Assembly (NCBI GenBank): GCA_032718475.1
Contig: JAUCBJ010007113.1
Coordinates: 1 to 64,000, forward strand
Length of the DNA: 64,000 bases
Direction: 5' to 3'
Source of the DNA: Nemertoderma westbladi
Lineage: Eukaryota; Animalia; Xenacoelomorpha
Shown here piece after piece: positions 26,296 to 40,447 of the stretch. Position 1 is the first letter of the stretch; every line of letters starts with the position of its first letter. The position numbers and the translations under genes were made by a program. Below the pieces are notes generated by a model. The model was not told where the DNA came from, searched no databases, and was given only the letters and a program-made list of their open reading frames with translations.

Positions 26296-26876
26296 CTGAA
26301 ATAAAAAATAGTTAAAGTAATACAAGTATATGGGTAAAAATAGCAATTGAGATAAAATGATTCACAGATTCAGTTATTATATTTAATTTCCAATTAAAAC
26401 AATATTATGGCAAATAAAATAAATAAAATAATGAATATGAATGAATATGTATTTAAAATAATTTATAAAAATTGCTATTTACAAAAAAATATAAAGATAT
26501 ACAACACATCTTAAACCGATTTATCAATCATATAAATTGTAGAAAACTTATTTTATTACATTTTTGCATAGAGAGGATTAATTCCAATAAGAGGATCTAC
26601 AACAAGCAGCGATCCTAAATTTAAACATTATAATTTTTATATTACCTAACACAATAAATAAAGAAAATTATAAAACCTATCTGGGGTGACATAATGAAAC
26701 CGGAACTGAAATCATTCTGAAATGACTAAAGTTAAACTGAATACTCATTGTATGTAATCTCGTACATTATACATACTAATACTACAACTACTATCTGCAA
26801 GCTGCATTATATATATATATATTACATATATATTAAGAATGCTGTGTCGGAGTTTCGACAAAATTAACACCCTAAC

Positions 26877-27125
26877 ACCCATGACATTTGCTGGATCATC
26901 CGCATCTTCAAGGACAGTGTCCTTTAAGATGCGTCTCAAGAAAGTCATTGGTTGTTCACCATGCTTATTCACTCCATGAGGACGTCATTCGCGAGATTAT
27001 GCACTGGCTGGTCCTCACGGCGAAAGCAATGTCCTGCAAAGCGGAGGCGGTTCCGTTCCAGAGTCAAGCTAGGGGAGACTAATGAAACACCTCCAAGGTT
27101 GTATAGAGTCTGATTTGATGTGTTA
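26877..27125 (-). mobile_element. 3' fragment of a second RTE-like family
   Basis: RNRLRFAGHCFRREDQPV motif. Confidence 0.75.
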
Positions 27126-27742
27126 ATTGTACTTGACACAATGAAAAAAGTATACATTATACAAACATAGTATAAGTATCGAAATTCATTGTTTTTCAAT
27201 TAAAAAACAGTCAATAATCCATAATAGTGCACGCATACTTAATTTAAGGCGACAATTATTGTGCTGGTGGAACCTGAAATCAGTTCGGTAAGAGGATAAT
27301 ATCAACTGCAACCCAAATGGCTGACTAATCCGACTACAAGAACCACTACGTACTCGCCATGGGGTTTCAGTTGAGCAGTACCATGAATCCCTCAGTAGAA
27401 CGCATTCGATTATCTTGATTAATGCCGCTCTTGCTGTTCCACGGATGTCTATATAATCTATGCGGCTTTTTAATTGGGTCTGGGAGGATCAAACGATCAA
27501 ACCGTATAAACGTACAGCGATGGCTGTTATGCAATCCCTGATATTCAAGCTCACCCAAGGAAATCTATTTACTGGAGGATAATTTCAAAGAAATTGATCT
27601 GGGAAGCTTTCGTCTGGGGATAAAGCATATCTCTGAACCGGACTTAAAGGCGATCACGGTATAATAATGATACTGCTGTATACTAGGTTATCATATTGGT
27701 ACAGTATTGTCTTCGTTTAATGTTTGCGACATTGCTCTGGTC

Positions 27743-28957
27743 GGTTACGTCGCGTTTCGGCAACTGTCGGCAACTTAGGCAACTCAAATTCGCGTTTCGG
27801 CAACTGAACAATTACGTTTCACCAACTGCTATAGTTGTGTTTCGGCAACTCGTAGTTGCATTTCGGCGAACTGAAGTCGCGTTTCGGCAACTGTCGGCAA
27901 CTTAGGCAACTCAAATTCGCGTTTCGGCAACTGAACAATTACGTTTCACCAACTGCTATAGTTGTGTTTCGGCAACTCGTAGTTGCATTTCGGCAAACTG
28001 AAGTCGCGTTTCGGTCACAAACCCTCTTATCTAATGTAACTGTGACTACATTCATTATGTAAGTAAATGATAAATGATGACAAGTTTAAGTTAGTTATAG
28101 TTATTGACAGCAGAGTTGTTAATTGTTTGAGTTAGTTATAGTTATTGACGGCAGAGTTGTTAATTGGTCATTTATATGTGTACATTGCCGGTTTGCACAT
28201 ATGGCAGTGATAAAATATGATGTCGTGGTCTGATTGATAAATGTGGTTTTTTTCCATCCGTGGCGTTCCGTCCGTGACGCTGGACAGCTGTCACTCAAAC
28301 TAACCTAAAATTAGAACTAATCAATGTACGATCTCCATTTTGGGCTCAAACTGATCCTGAGATAATGTATGTCGGATTCTGAATAAATAACTCTACTGAG
28401 TGGAACGCGAGAGGAAAAACCAAAATTGAAAAGGGGAATAGATAAACAGTACTGTATGAATTAATATCAGGTTGAATTATACAGTCATATCAGGTTGAAT
28501 TAATAGACTTATAATATATCGAATAATATGTAGACAATATTATATGGAATTAATAACATCAGTTCTATATAACTCGAAGTAGTGTTGGAGTAGGCGTGGG
28601 TAAAATAATGTAGAATGAAAATGAATAATGGGAAACGAATGAGGCAAAGGTAATAAATAATACTGATTTGCTCTGACGATGTGACGATATGACTTTGTGA
28701 CGATGAGATTCCACCTATCTCTATACTGTAGGCTCTATACAGTATCCAGTTGGACTTGGACCGAAACGCATCTATCAGTTTGCCTAAGCGCATCATGTTA
28801 ACAACAGTTGCCGAAATGAAACTATGAGTTGCCAAAATGCATCAATCACTCAGTTGCAGAAACGTAACTTTGTTACCTTGTTGCCGAAACGCGACTACTA
28901 TGAGTTGCCGAAACGCGGCTCTAACGATACTATAAGTTGCCGAAACGCGATAACACC
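27743..28957. mobile_element. Foldback/MITE-like element with subterminal repeats
   Basis: Multiple TTTCGGCAAC at the left end (including a ~127-bp tandem duplication, 27751-28014) and inverted GTTGCCGAAA at the right end. Confidence 0.7.
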
Positions 28958-30293
28958 CTCTGATCCAGGTAAGACAGTTATTAAAAAAAATTTCATATTG
29001 TGTTTTGTGTTATAATAGTTTAACGATGGCTAAGACCACTTTGTCGACAGGAAAAGGCTAATCTAATGACCTCTGGTATTAATGGATTATACCAGAGCTC
29101 ATAACAACATTTATCGTGATGTGTTTGCATTTGATAATACTGTATTATACAAGATATGATTATTCACTTTAATACACCATGTCCTGGAATGTGACTAAAT
29201 TACCAATTTAGGGAAAGGAGCAAGTTACAGTGGAAAGTTATTCTAACCAAAACAGTAAACGAATGTCACTATAATAGATAAGTCTTATTTTTTAAAGTAA
29301 TCAGCTGTTATTTGCATTGTTTTTTTCCCTGGAGAGGGATGAATTTTGAATTGGAACAATGAATTTTGATTGGGTTGCATCGAAAGTACCCCCCCCCCCC
29401 CCCTGCCTGGAATATAGTGTCGTAATTCAGTGAAATGCCCCCCCCCCCCCCCCCCGTACCCCCTTAATGAGATTGCATGACATTTGAAACAGATATAGTT
29501 TCACCTACTTCCTCCTTGAGTTTACTATATTTCATAAATGCACAATATTCTGGAACATTTTTTTTATCTTATAAGTAACAGGGCAATAATGCAATGCGTA
29601 TAATAATAATACTACTACGTGGATATTCATACATAAACAAAATGTTCTAGAACATGGTGTAATTTATTAGATCAATAAATGGCATGTAGCGGAAGTAAAT
29701 ATATGCAACATTAGAATACTCATATCTTATTTCCCAACCAAATTTAAATGCTTTTAGATATTTGGAATCCTTCCACGGCCGGATTTCCTTTACTACCAAC
29801 AAATTACTATAAGGTTGAAAAATAACAACTGTAGTAGGACTGGTGCATTATCGTCGGAGACACTTTTATTAAACGCCTGTAGCTTTGCTAGATATTGAAT
29901 ACGAAAATTACAAATTCTGACTCACCCACTCAGGAGGAGGTACACTTTACACAATAACCCGGGGGGGGCACGAGGCGAGGCCCCCTTACCCCCGTTGCCA
30001 CCCTTGCGAACGCCAGCCCAGGAGTAGACATTGTACAGTAATGTAATACAGTGCGACTGGTATTAAAACAAAATATGAATAAATAATTAAATAAATCTAA
30101 TAAATCTTCAAGTTTCTTATAACATAATAATGGTAAATTGAATCCAATGTTACTAAATCTGCAACAATAATAATGTCATCTATCTTTTAAACCTTCTTTA
30201 TCAAAAAGATACGATTATTTTATATATTTTTTTACAATCATTTTAATTGAATGTCAAATTTTCATAGGTAAATCATAAAAATTGTAATCTCAC

Positions 30294-30339
30294 CTGATAG
30301 GCCAGTTCCCTTGTCGGCAGCATCAGACACCGCCATCAT
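30294..30339 (-). CDS. SYT14: Synaptotagmin-14-like first coding exon
   Basis: ATG ATG immediately after an in-frame TGA; MMAVSDAADKGTGLS; CAG|GTGAGA donor in phase 1, compatible with the TM exon. Confidence 0.55.
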
Positions 30340-31859
30340 TCAGTGCGGACATGCCATTACTGACACCAGGACCGCACAGAAACCCGTGTATAGTCTGTGC
30401 GTCTGCCCCAAAGTAACGTCTTAAACTTTGATAAGATACCGGCGATGGGAAATAGAAACTAGCACGAGCTACACAAGGCGACGCCGATAATATTACAGGT
30501 TTTACGGATGAACCCAACCTGGCTACTCGGGAACTAGGCCGGTTGGCCAAGGTAGGGAACTATTGCCATGGGAACCATGTAGCAGTGTGGGAAGCTCTCG
30601 TCCAACCCGGCGCCGAACTCAGCCACGCGTAATCTTACTGTATGACATTAGGGATTGTGTGATGTAGGTGCTCCGTGGACTGTGTTATGTGCTCGACACA
30701 CTAATACACAAGGTTGGTTGAACGCAAAACCTCCTAGGTAATGAGTTAGTTTTCTGTGGGGGAGGCTAAGCTGGCATTTGCGCAATAATCTATTTGATCA
30801 AATTCACTTCATATCAATTCTGTACGTCTCTGGAGATTTGTTTGTGTTTCGCCAATTCCTTTTACATCAATGGGATTTCCCATTGTGATGGAAAAGTAGC
30901 GAAGATGATTCAGACAAGTCTGTCCTTGAATGCACCAAAGTTTGGTGATATAATAGCAATTGATACTCAAATCCACTTAAATTATTGATGTTCAATTTTA
31001 ATTGATGTTCAATTAACGCATAGGCCTAGAGTAGGTCCTAGTAAAACGAATGCGTGAGTTGTTTTCAACTACTGTCACCTGCAACTACCACTGTAATAAT
31101 AATAATATTTATAAAACGCCTTTCTAAGCACTTATTTCAAGGCGCTTCACAACTGTAGCATGTTCAATTGACCTTAGTTTATTGTTTTGGTTAGAATAAC
31201 GTGCCACTGTGACCTGTCCTTTGATTAATTACCCGAGATGGAATTTGCGTCGCGTCGGGGGGAATTCCCCCTGTCTCAAATGTTTTAAACAAGAAAATAA
31301 TTATTACATAAATGGTAATTTATTGCAAATTATATGACTCTTCATGTTGAGTTATTTATATTAACTACTTACTGCTAATCGCTTCAGCGATATCTTCTGC
31401 AACACCAATAACGACTACGGGTAGTTTTGAATCTTTGTGTTCTTTCACACCATTCAATTCATCGTTCTTTCGTTCGACGTCGATATTTCCCATTAGTTTA
31501 CCACTGGACACCACCTACACAGTTGGTTATAAAATATGTAAGGGTTTAAAACTAAAAATAATATTTAAGTTGCCAATATTGATATTAATTACTGATATTC
31601 AATTAAATTAATCAGTAACTATTATGCAATAAATGTACACGAACACGATCGTGTGTGTGGCCTTCAATCAGGACAAAGTAGTCGCCCTCTTGTGGAATAC
31701 TGGATAATTGTAGTGTACTTCACCCAAATTATATTTCAGACTTTTGACAGATTATATGTGTAATGTGTACCAGGTTTGGTTTAATTTATGAAAGAATAAT
31801 TGAGTAGTGTCCAAACATCTGCCAACTGACAGACAGATATACAAGCATGATCCGTAATA

Positions 31860-33419
31860 TAGTGTCATTTTCTGATGACGCGGAACCCATCCCATTCTCC
31901 AATTATCGCGTTAGTCGTAATTTGTTCATATCAATATAAAGCTTACATTGGAAGCATTACAAATATGTTACAATATCTGAATTTGTTGAGAAAATTGAGA
32001 TTTGCTGAGAAATACGCATTCAAAGATCGCAAGAATTATTGTTCTCTGTAAGCCATTTATTCTATTTAATAAATACACAAAATTCTAGAACGAGTTATTT
32101 ATTTTGTGAGTTCGTGGGCAACAGCGGTATGCCTATACAATATCTAAATTACGTAGCTAATCATATATAAACAAAATGTTCCAGAACAATGGCTGGTTGC
32201 GAGAAAAGGGACCTGGGGAAAAAATGTTCATTCTGATAAAAACGCGATTAAAGTGTGGCTCTTAAAATCGACTGTTTTCATTGGTTTATTGGTCGTTATT
32301 GGGGTGTTTGCATTGGTTTATTGGTCGTTATTGGGTTTTATTAGAGCGAAATTCAAACTGAATTATACTAATAATAGTACTAAGTACTGTATACACTTGT
32401 TTTTTTTAGATTATCGTAGAATATATGTAGCCTATTCAATACACTAATAATTTAGAATTTATTATGGAAACTGAAGCAGAGTGGCTGAACCTATTAAATA
32501 ATAGGGTTTTCTAGGATCTAGGTTAGTTTAGCTAGGACCATTAGGTTAATTTTTTTCTAGGATTTGTAGAAACAAGCCAGGAAACAAAAGACTGTTTGCT
32601 TGGCATGTTGGTGCTCCTGAATTGGGTTGGCACATCTTACACCTCCCCGTGACTGTCACATCGTCAGAATTTGTCCACATTCCAACCACCTCAATAGAAA
32701 ATAGGGCTGGGTTTGTTAGTTTTTTGTGTTAGTGTTTTGAGTACACGGTTTCGCTTTATTACTAACAATGGACAGGTCAGTCTTTGAGTACACGGTTTCG
32801 GTCTAGGTTAAGCTAATTAACCTAATCTTAGGTTCAAAAAATTAACATTGGTTGCGAGAAAAGGGACCTGCGTTTTTAATTTTTTGTTTAAAAACTCATA
32901 ACTTTTTAACGAAAAACGATATGAAAAAACTAGTTCGATATTTGGAAAGCCCAGAAAATTCTGCATCTAATAGGCCTAAAAACGCAAAAGCGACCATGTG
33001 GTCCCCAGGTCCCTTTTCTCGCAACCAGCCACAATTAATTAATAGATTAAATGGCCTGCAGCGAAAAATAATTCTTGTAATCTTTGAACGCCTATATCTC
33101 AGCTGTTTCTCAACGAAATTCAGATATTGTTACATATTTGGAATCCTTGCAATGCAAGCTTTCCAATGATATGATATGATGATATTACGACTAATGTGAA
33201 GAATGGCCACGATGTGGAGGGTGCAATTTCGCAAAAGACACTTTTGTAAAAGGCATATAAAAAATCTTAAGGAAAAATCTAAAATTCCGGCTTCATGATA
33301 ACAACCACAGCGAGTTATTACTCGGCTACTCGTGTTTCAACTTTCAAGCAATATGATAAAGATTTGTAGATAAAAAAAATTGTTTGGGGTGGGGTCCGTG
33401 TCATCAGAAAATGAGACTA
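31860..33419. mobile_element. Non-autonomous DNA transposon with long imperfect TIRs and TAG...CTA ends (Academ-like)
   Basis: TAGTGTCATTTTCTGATGACGCGGAACCC at the left; inverse GGGTCCGTGTCATCAGAAAATGAGACTA at the right. Further inverted similarity between ~31910-32040 and ~33067-33195. Confidence 0.7.
32191..33030. mobile_element. MITE nested in the Academ-like element
   Basis: Perfect 29-bp TIR GGCTGGTTGCGAGAAAAGGGACCTGGGGA; ACAAT direct repeat on both sides. Confidence 0.85.
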
Positions 33420-34367
33420 CGTGTCATGGTGTACAACGATTAAATCACGGATCGATACCCATATGCTTACCTCGCTTACTTTCAGTTTTTTCCACAATAA
33501 CACAAATACCTAAATAATAGTACGAAGTTTCATTCAAACTGTGGTACAGTACAGGTTACATGGACCTATTAAATGAAACAATACAATCTTTCTGGCAAAT
33601 ATTATGCAGTACTTTTATTATATAAATCGAAAAATTATTCAAATGTAAAAATTTTTTTCTAATTTAAATATATTTTGTTTATAGGCAGGAGCCTGTACTA
33701 TTTCCAGTACCAACAATTAGCATATCGAATTAATGATAATTTCTATTATCAAAGCTACCAAATATTAAAATTCCTTTAGCTAGGCCTACTGTAATATATA
33801 TAACCAGTACCAAAAGTGTTTGTAGACGCAATATGTATTATTATTGATATTATTTGGTGACCTGTTGAGTTCACATTATTTATGTAAACTCGTCCGAGAT
33901 GAATTACTATTGTATAGTAACCCCGCTTTGACGTACTTAGAAACACATGGTTTCAAGAAGGGTGGTTGTCCAATTTAGGGAGAACCATATGCTACAATAC
34001 CCAGTTTATAGTGACGACAAGTACTTGGGAATAAATTATACCGCGCGTCACTAGTTGGCTGCACAGCACCGTCGTCCTCAAGGCAGAACTCCGTAAGTTT
34101 ATTTTTAGTTCAAAAAATTTAAGATAAAGGGTTCCACTGGCAGACTGGTAAACTCGGTGAAGAGATTCGGCAATCAATTTTATTTCAGCCAACGTACAAA
34201 CTTAACCATCGAATTCGTAACTGGGATTTGGATTGGTCTTGCTGTGATGCAAACTGTCTCAAATAAAAGGTGGTTCCTCAACTAATTTATTTATTTATCA
34301 AGTAATTAATTTGTATGAAATATAACTAACTAACTTACAATTTTATAAAAAAAAACAATTTCACCAA

Positions 34368-37300
34368 GTTCACTAAGTTGCTAAGGTAAACAAATCCCTA
34401 GAGTTACTGAGTGTTCACTAAGTTGCTAAGGTAAACTAATCCCGAGAGTTACTGAGTTCACTAAGTTGCTAAGGTAAACTAATCCCTAGAGTTACTGAGT
34501 GTTCACTAAGTTACTAAGGTAAACTAATCCCTAGAGTTACTGAGTGTTCACTAAGTTGCTAAGGTAAACTAATCCCGAGAGTTACTGAGTTCACTAAGTT
34601 GCTAAGGTAAACTAATCCCTAGAGTTATTGAGTGTTCACTAAGATGCTAAGGTAAACTAATCCCTAGAGTTACTGCGTTCACTAAGTTGCTAAGGTAAAC
34701 GAATCCCTAGAGTTACTGAGTGTTCACTAAGTTGCTAAGGTAAACTAATCCCTAGAGTTACTGCGTTCACTAAGTTGCTAAGGTAAACTAATCCCTAGAG
34801 TTACTGAGTGTTCACTAAGTTGCTAAGGTAAACTAATCCCGAAAGTTACTGAGTTCACTAAGTTGCTAAGGTAAACAAATCCCTCGAGTTACTGAGTGTT
34901 CACTAAGTTGCTAAGGTAAACTAATCCCGAAAGTTACTGAGTTCACTAAGTTGCTAAGGTAAACAAATCCCTAGAGTTACTGAGTGTTCACTAAGTTGCT
35001 AAGGTAAAGTAATCCCTAGAGTTACTGAGTGTTCACTAAGTTGCTAAGGTAAACTAATACCTAGAGTTACTGAGTGTTCACTAAGTTGCTAAGGTAAACT
35101 AATCCCTAGAGTTACTGAGTGTTCACGAAGTTGCTAAGGTAAACTAATCCATAGAGTAACTGAGTGTTCACTAAGTTGCTAAGGTAAACTAATCCATAGA
35201 GTAACTGAGTGTTCACTAAGTTGCTAAGGTAAACTAATCCCGAGAGTTACTGAGTTCACTAAGTTGCTAAGGTAAACTAATCCCTAGAGTTACTGAGTGT
35301 TCACTAAGTTACTAAGGTAAACTAATCCCTAGAGTTACTGAGTGTTCACTAAGTTGCTAAGGTAAACTAATCCCGAGAGTTACTGAGTTCACTAAGTTGC
35401 TAAGGTAAACTAATCCCTAGAGTTATTGAGTGTTCACTAAGATGCTAAGGTAAACTAATCCCTAGAGTTACTGCGTTCACTAAGTTGCTAAGGTAAACGA
35501 ATCCCTAGAGTTACTGAGTGTTCACTAAGTTGCTAAGGTAAACTAATCCCTAGAGTTACTGCGTTCACTAAGTTGCTAAGGTAAACTAATCCCTAGAGTT
35601 ACTGAGTGTTCACTAAGTTGCTAAGGTAAACTAATCCCGAAAGTTACTGAGTTCACTAAGTTGCTAAGGTAAACAAATCCCTCGAGTTACTGAGTGTTCA
35701 CTAAGTTGCTAAGGTAAACTAATCCCGAAAGTTACTGAGTTCACTAAGTTGCTAAGGTAAACAAATCCCTAGAGTTACTGAGTGTTCACTAAGTTGCTAA
35801 GGTAAAGTAATCCCTAGAGTTACTGAGTGTTCACTAAGTTGCTAAGGTAAACTAATACCTAGAGTTACTGAGTGTTCACTAAGTTGCTAAGGTAAACTAA
35901 TCCCTAGAGTTACTGAGTGTTCACGAAGTTGCTAAGGTAAACTAATCCATAGAGTAACTGAGTGTTCACTAAGTTGCTAAGGTAAACTAATCCATAGAGT
36001 AACTGAGTGTTCACTAAGTTGCTAAGGTAAACTAATCCCTAGAGTTACTGAGTTCACTAAGTTGCTAAGGTAAACAAATCCCTAGAGTTACTGAGTGTTC
36101 ACTAAGTTGCTAAGGTAAACAAATCCCTAGAGTTACTGAGTGTTCACTAAGTTGATGAGATAAACTAATCCCGAGAGTTACTGAGTGTTCACTAAGTTGC
36201 TAAGGTAAACTAATCCCGGGAGTTACTGAGTGTTCACTAAGTTCCTAAGGTAAACTAATCCCTAGAGTTACTGAGTGTTCACTAAGTTGCTAAGGTAAAC
36301 TAATCCCTAGAGTAACTGAGTGTTCATTAAGTTGCTAAGGTAAACTAATCCCTAGAGTTACTGCGTTCACTAAGTTGCTAAGGTAAACTAATCCCTAGAG
36401 TAACTGAGTGTTCATTAAGTTGCTAAGGTAAACTAATCCCTAGAGTAACTGAGTGTTCATTAAGTTGCTAAGGTAAACTAATACCTAGAGTTCTGAGTGT
36501 TCATTAAGTTGCTAAGGTAAACTAATCCCTAGAGTTACTGCGTTCACTAAGTTGCTAAGGTAAACTAATCCCTAGAGTTACTGAGTGTTCACTAAGTTGC
36601 TAAGGTAAAATAATCCCGAGAGTTACTGAGTATTCACTAAGTTGATAAGGTAAACTAATCCCGAGAGTTACTGAGTGTTCACTAAGTTCCTAAGGTAAAC
36701 TAATCCCTAGAGTTACTGAGTGTTCACTAAGTTGCTAAGGTAAACTAATCCCTAGAGTAACTGAGTGTTCATTAAGTTGCTAAGTTAAACTAATCCCTAG
36801 AGTTACTGCGTTCACTAAGTTGCTAAGGTAAACTAATACCTAGAGTTCTGAGTGTTCTCTAAGTTGCTAAGGTAAACTAATCCCGAGAGTTACTGAGTGT
36901 TCACTAAGTTGCTAAGGTAGACTAATCCCTAGAGTTACTGAGTGTTCACTAAGTTGCTAAGGTAGACTAATCCCTAGAGTTACTGAGTGTTCACTAAGTT
37001 GCCAAGGTAAACTAATCCCGAGTGTTAATGAGTGTTCACTAAGTTGCTAAGGTAAACTAATCCCAAGAGTTACTGAGTGTTCACTATGTTGCTAAGGTAA
37101 ACTAATCCCAAGTTACTGCGTTCACTAAGTTGCTAAGGTAAACTAATCCCGAGAGTTACTAGTGTTCACAAGTTTCTAAGGTAAACTAATCCCGAGAGTT
37201 ACTGAGTGTTCACAAGTTGCTAAGGTAAACTAATCCCGAGAGTTACTGAGTGTTCACAAGTTGCTAAGGTAAACTAATCCCTAGAGTTACTGAGTGTTCA

Positions 37301-39623
37301 CTAAGTTGCTAAGGTAAACTAATCCCTAGAGTTACTGAGTGTTGACTAAGTTGCTAAGGTAAACTAATCCCGAGAGTTACTGAGTGTTCACTAAGTTGCT
37401 AAGGTAAACTAATCCCGAGAGTTACTGAGTGTTCACAAGTTGCTAAGGTAAACTAATCCCTAGAGTAACTGAGTGTTCACTAAGTTGCTAAGGTAAACTA
37501 ATCCCTAGAGTTACAGCGTTCACTAAGTTGCTACGGTAAACAAATCCGTAGAGTTACTGAGTGTTCACTAAGTTGCTAAGGCAAACGAATCCCGAGAATT
37601 ACTGAGTGTTCGCTAAGTTGCTAAGGTAAACTAATCCCTAGAGTTACTGAATGTTCACTAAGTTGCTAAGGTAAACTAATCCCGAGAGTTACTGCGTTCA
37701 CTAAGTTGCTAAGGTAAACTAATCCCTAGAGTTACTGAGTGTTCTCTAAGTTGCTAAGGTAAACTAATCCCGAGCGTTAATGAGTGTTCACTAAGTTGCC
37801 AAGGTAAACTAATCCCGAGAGTTACTGAGTGTTCACTATGTTGCTAAGGTAAACTAATCCCTAAATTACTACGTTCACTAAGTTGCTAAGGTAAACTAAT
37901 CCCAGAGTTACTGAGTGTTCACTAAGTTGCTAATGTAAACTAATCCCGAGAGTTACTAGTGTTCAAAAGTTGCTAAGGTAAACTAATCCCGAGAGTTATT
38001 GAGTGTTCACAAGTTGCTAAGGTAAACTAATCCCTAGAGTTACTGAGTGTTCACTAAGTTCCTAAGGTAAACTAATCCCTAGAGTTACTGAGTGTTCACT
38101 AAGTTGCTAAGGTAAACTAATACCTAGAGTTCTGAGTGTTCTCTAAGTTGCTAAGGTAAACTAATCCCTAGAGTTACTGAGTGTTCGCTAAGTTGCCAAG
38201 GTAAACTAATCCCGAGCGTTAATGAGTGTTCACTAAGTTGCTAAGGTAAACTAATCCCGAGAGTTACTGAGTGTTCACTATGTTGCTAAGGTAAACTAAT
38301 CCCTAAGTTACTACGTTCACTAAGTTGCTAAGGCAAACTAATTCCAGAGTTACTAGTGTTCACAAGTTGCTAAGGTAAACTAATCCCGAGAGTTATTGAG
38401 TGTTCACAAGTTGCTAAGGTAAACTAATCCCTAGAGTTACTGAGTGTTCACTAAGTTCCTAAGGTAAACTAATCCCTAGAGTTACTGAGTGTTCACTAAG
38501 TTGTTAAGGTAAACTAATCCTGAGAGTTACTGAGTGTTCACTAAGTTGCTAAGGTAAACTAATCCCTAGAGTTACTGAGTGTTCACTAAGTTGTTAAGGT
38601 AAACTAATCCCGAGAGTTACTGAGTGTTCACTAAGTTGCTAAGGTAAACTAATCCCTAGAGTTACTGAGTGTTCACTAAGTTCCTAAGGTAAACTAATCC
38701 CTAGAGTTACGGAGTGTTCACTAAGTTGCTAAGGTAAACTAATCCCGAGAGTTACTGAGTGTTCACTAAGTTGTTAAGGTAAACTAATCCCGGGGAGTTA
38801 CTGAGTGTTCACAAGTTGCTAAGGTAAACTAATCTCTAGAGTTACTGAGTGATCACTAAGTTCCTAAGTTAAACTAATCCCTAGAGTTACTGAGTGTTCA
38901 CTAAGTTGCTAAGGTAAACTAATCCCTAGAGTTACTGTGTGTTCACTATGTTGCTAAGGTAAACTAATCCCTAAGTTACTGCGTTCACTAAGTTACTAAG
39001 GTAAACTAATCCCGAGAGTTACTGAGTGTTCACTAATTTGCTAAGGTAAACTAATCCCGAGAGTTACTAGTGTTCACAGGTTGCTAAGGTAAACTAATCC
39101 CGAGAGTTATTGAGTGTTCACAAGTTGCTAAGGTAAACTAATCCCTAGAGTTACTGAATGTTCACTAAGTTGCTAAGGTAAACTAATCCCTAGAGTTACT
39201 GAGTGTTCACTAAGTTGCTAAGGTATACTAATCCCTAAGTTACTACGTTCACTAAGTTGCTAATCCCGAGAGTTACTAGTGTTCACAAGTTGCTAAGGTA
39301 AACTAATCCCGAGAGATATTGAGTGTTCACAAGTTGATAAGGTAAACTAATCCCAAGAGTTCTGAGTGTTCTCTAAGTTGCTAAGGTAAACTAATCCCGA
39401 GAGTTACTGAGTGTTCACTAAGTTACTAAGGTAAAGTAATCCCGAGAGTTACTGAGTGTTCGGTCAGTTGCTAAGGTAAACTAATCCTTAGAGTTACTGA
39501 GTATTCACTAAGTTTCTCATGTAAACTAATCCCAAGAATTACTGAGTGTTCACTAAGTTGCTAAGGTAAACTAATCCCTAGAGTTACTGAGTGTTCACTA
39601 AGTTCCTAAGGTAAACTAATCCC
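34368..39623. repeat. Tandem array 2, 45-bp unit (43-bp variants), ~118 copies
   Basis: Unit GTTCACTAAGTTGCTAAGGTAAACTAATCCCTAGAGTTACTGAGT; 798-bp higher-order duplication at the left. Confidence 0.98.
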
Positions 39624-39840
39624 CATGGTCCCCTTGGGTTGTAATTTGAAACGCTGTCGAATATGTGTCGAGAGGAATTTCCACCATTACTCGGCCAAGG
39701 AGTCTATCAGTCCCTATGGGGTTGGTCCGCCTGCCGCCATAATGGATGAATTGTTTCCATAAGCGTGTGGAGCTATCGTCATTGGGGGACTGCAGCTCCC
39801 TCCAACAAAATTCAAAAAACTGGTGGCTAATGGTGACAAT

Positions 39841-40393
39841 ACTACTACTACTAGGTCGAGCGAACTCGGACAGTGGAAATGAGATCCTTCCAGGCTTCCC
39901 GATTCTCCATAGTTGTCGCAATTTTGTTTCTCTCAAGTTCGGTATCCATTTCAATTTGGACGCGTTCCTTGTTTTTGGTTGCGAGAAAAGTAGATCTGGT
40001 ATGACCTCGCCTTTACTTCGCCAGCAGTGCCCACTGAATCTTAATCTGCGTTCACGGAGGGTGGTTGATACAGGTGGTATACAACCATAGAGCTCGACGT
40101 TTGTCATGTGTTGTCTCCAGCTGATGTTTAGGGCTGCCCTTAGTAATCTTGTGTAGCAACCTCCTTAGCAGCCCTCTCCACTTTATGCAGTAGAAGCTGT
40201 ACATCTACTAGCGTATTAGAGAGCAGGGCGATGTAATCCGCCAGTCTGTGTCTGTGACTGTAGTTGCCGGATATCTACTACTTCTGCGTTCTTGAAGTGT
40301 GAATCCCAGGTCTTCACCCTTTGTGGCCGTCCTCATTGCCTAATCCAGTACAATTACAAATAGTAATGGCGCAAATGTGTCACCTTGCAGTAC
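39841..40393 (-). mobile_element. RTE copy, 3' part (internally deleted)
   Basis: Highly similar to 5011-5360 and 5680-5913, with the same (TAG)n tail. Confidence 0.9.
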
Positions 40394-40447
40394 TTAAGGG
40401 ATAATGACTGTAGAAAGGGTCTAATGCCACGGTTAACAAAATCAGTT

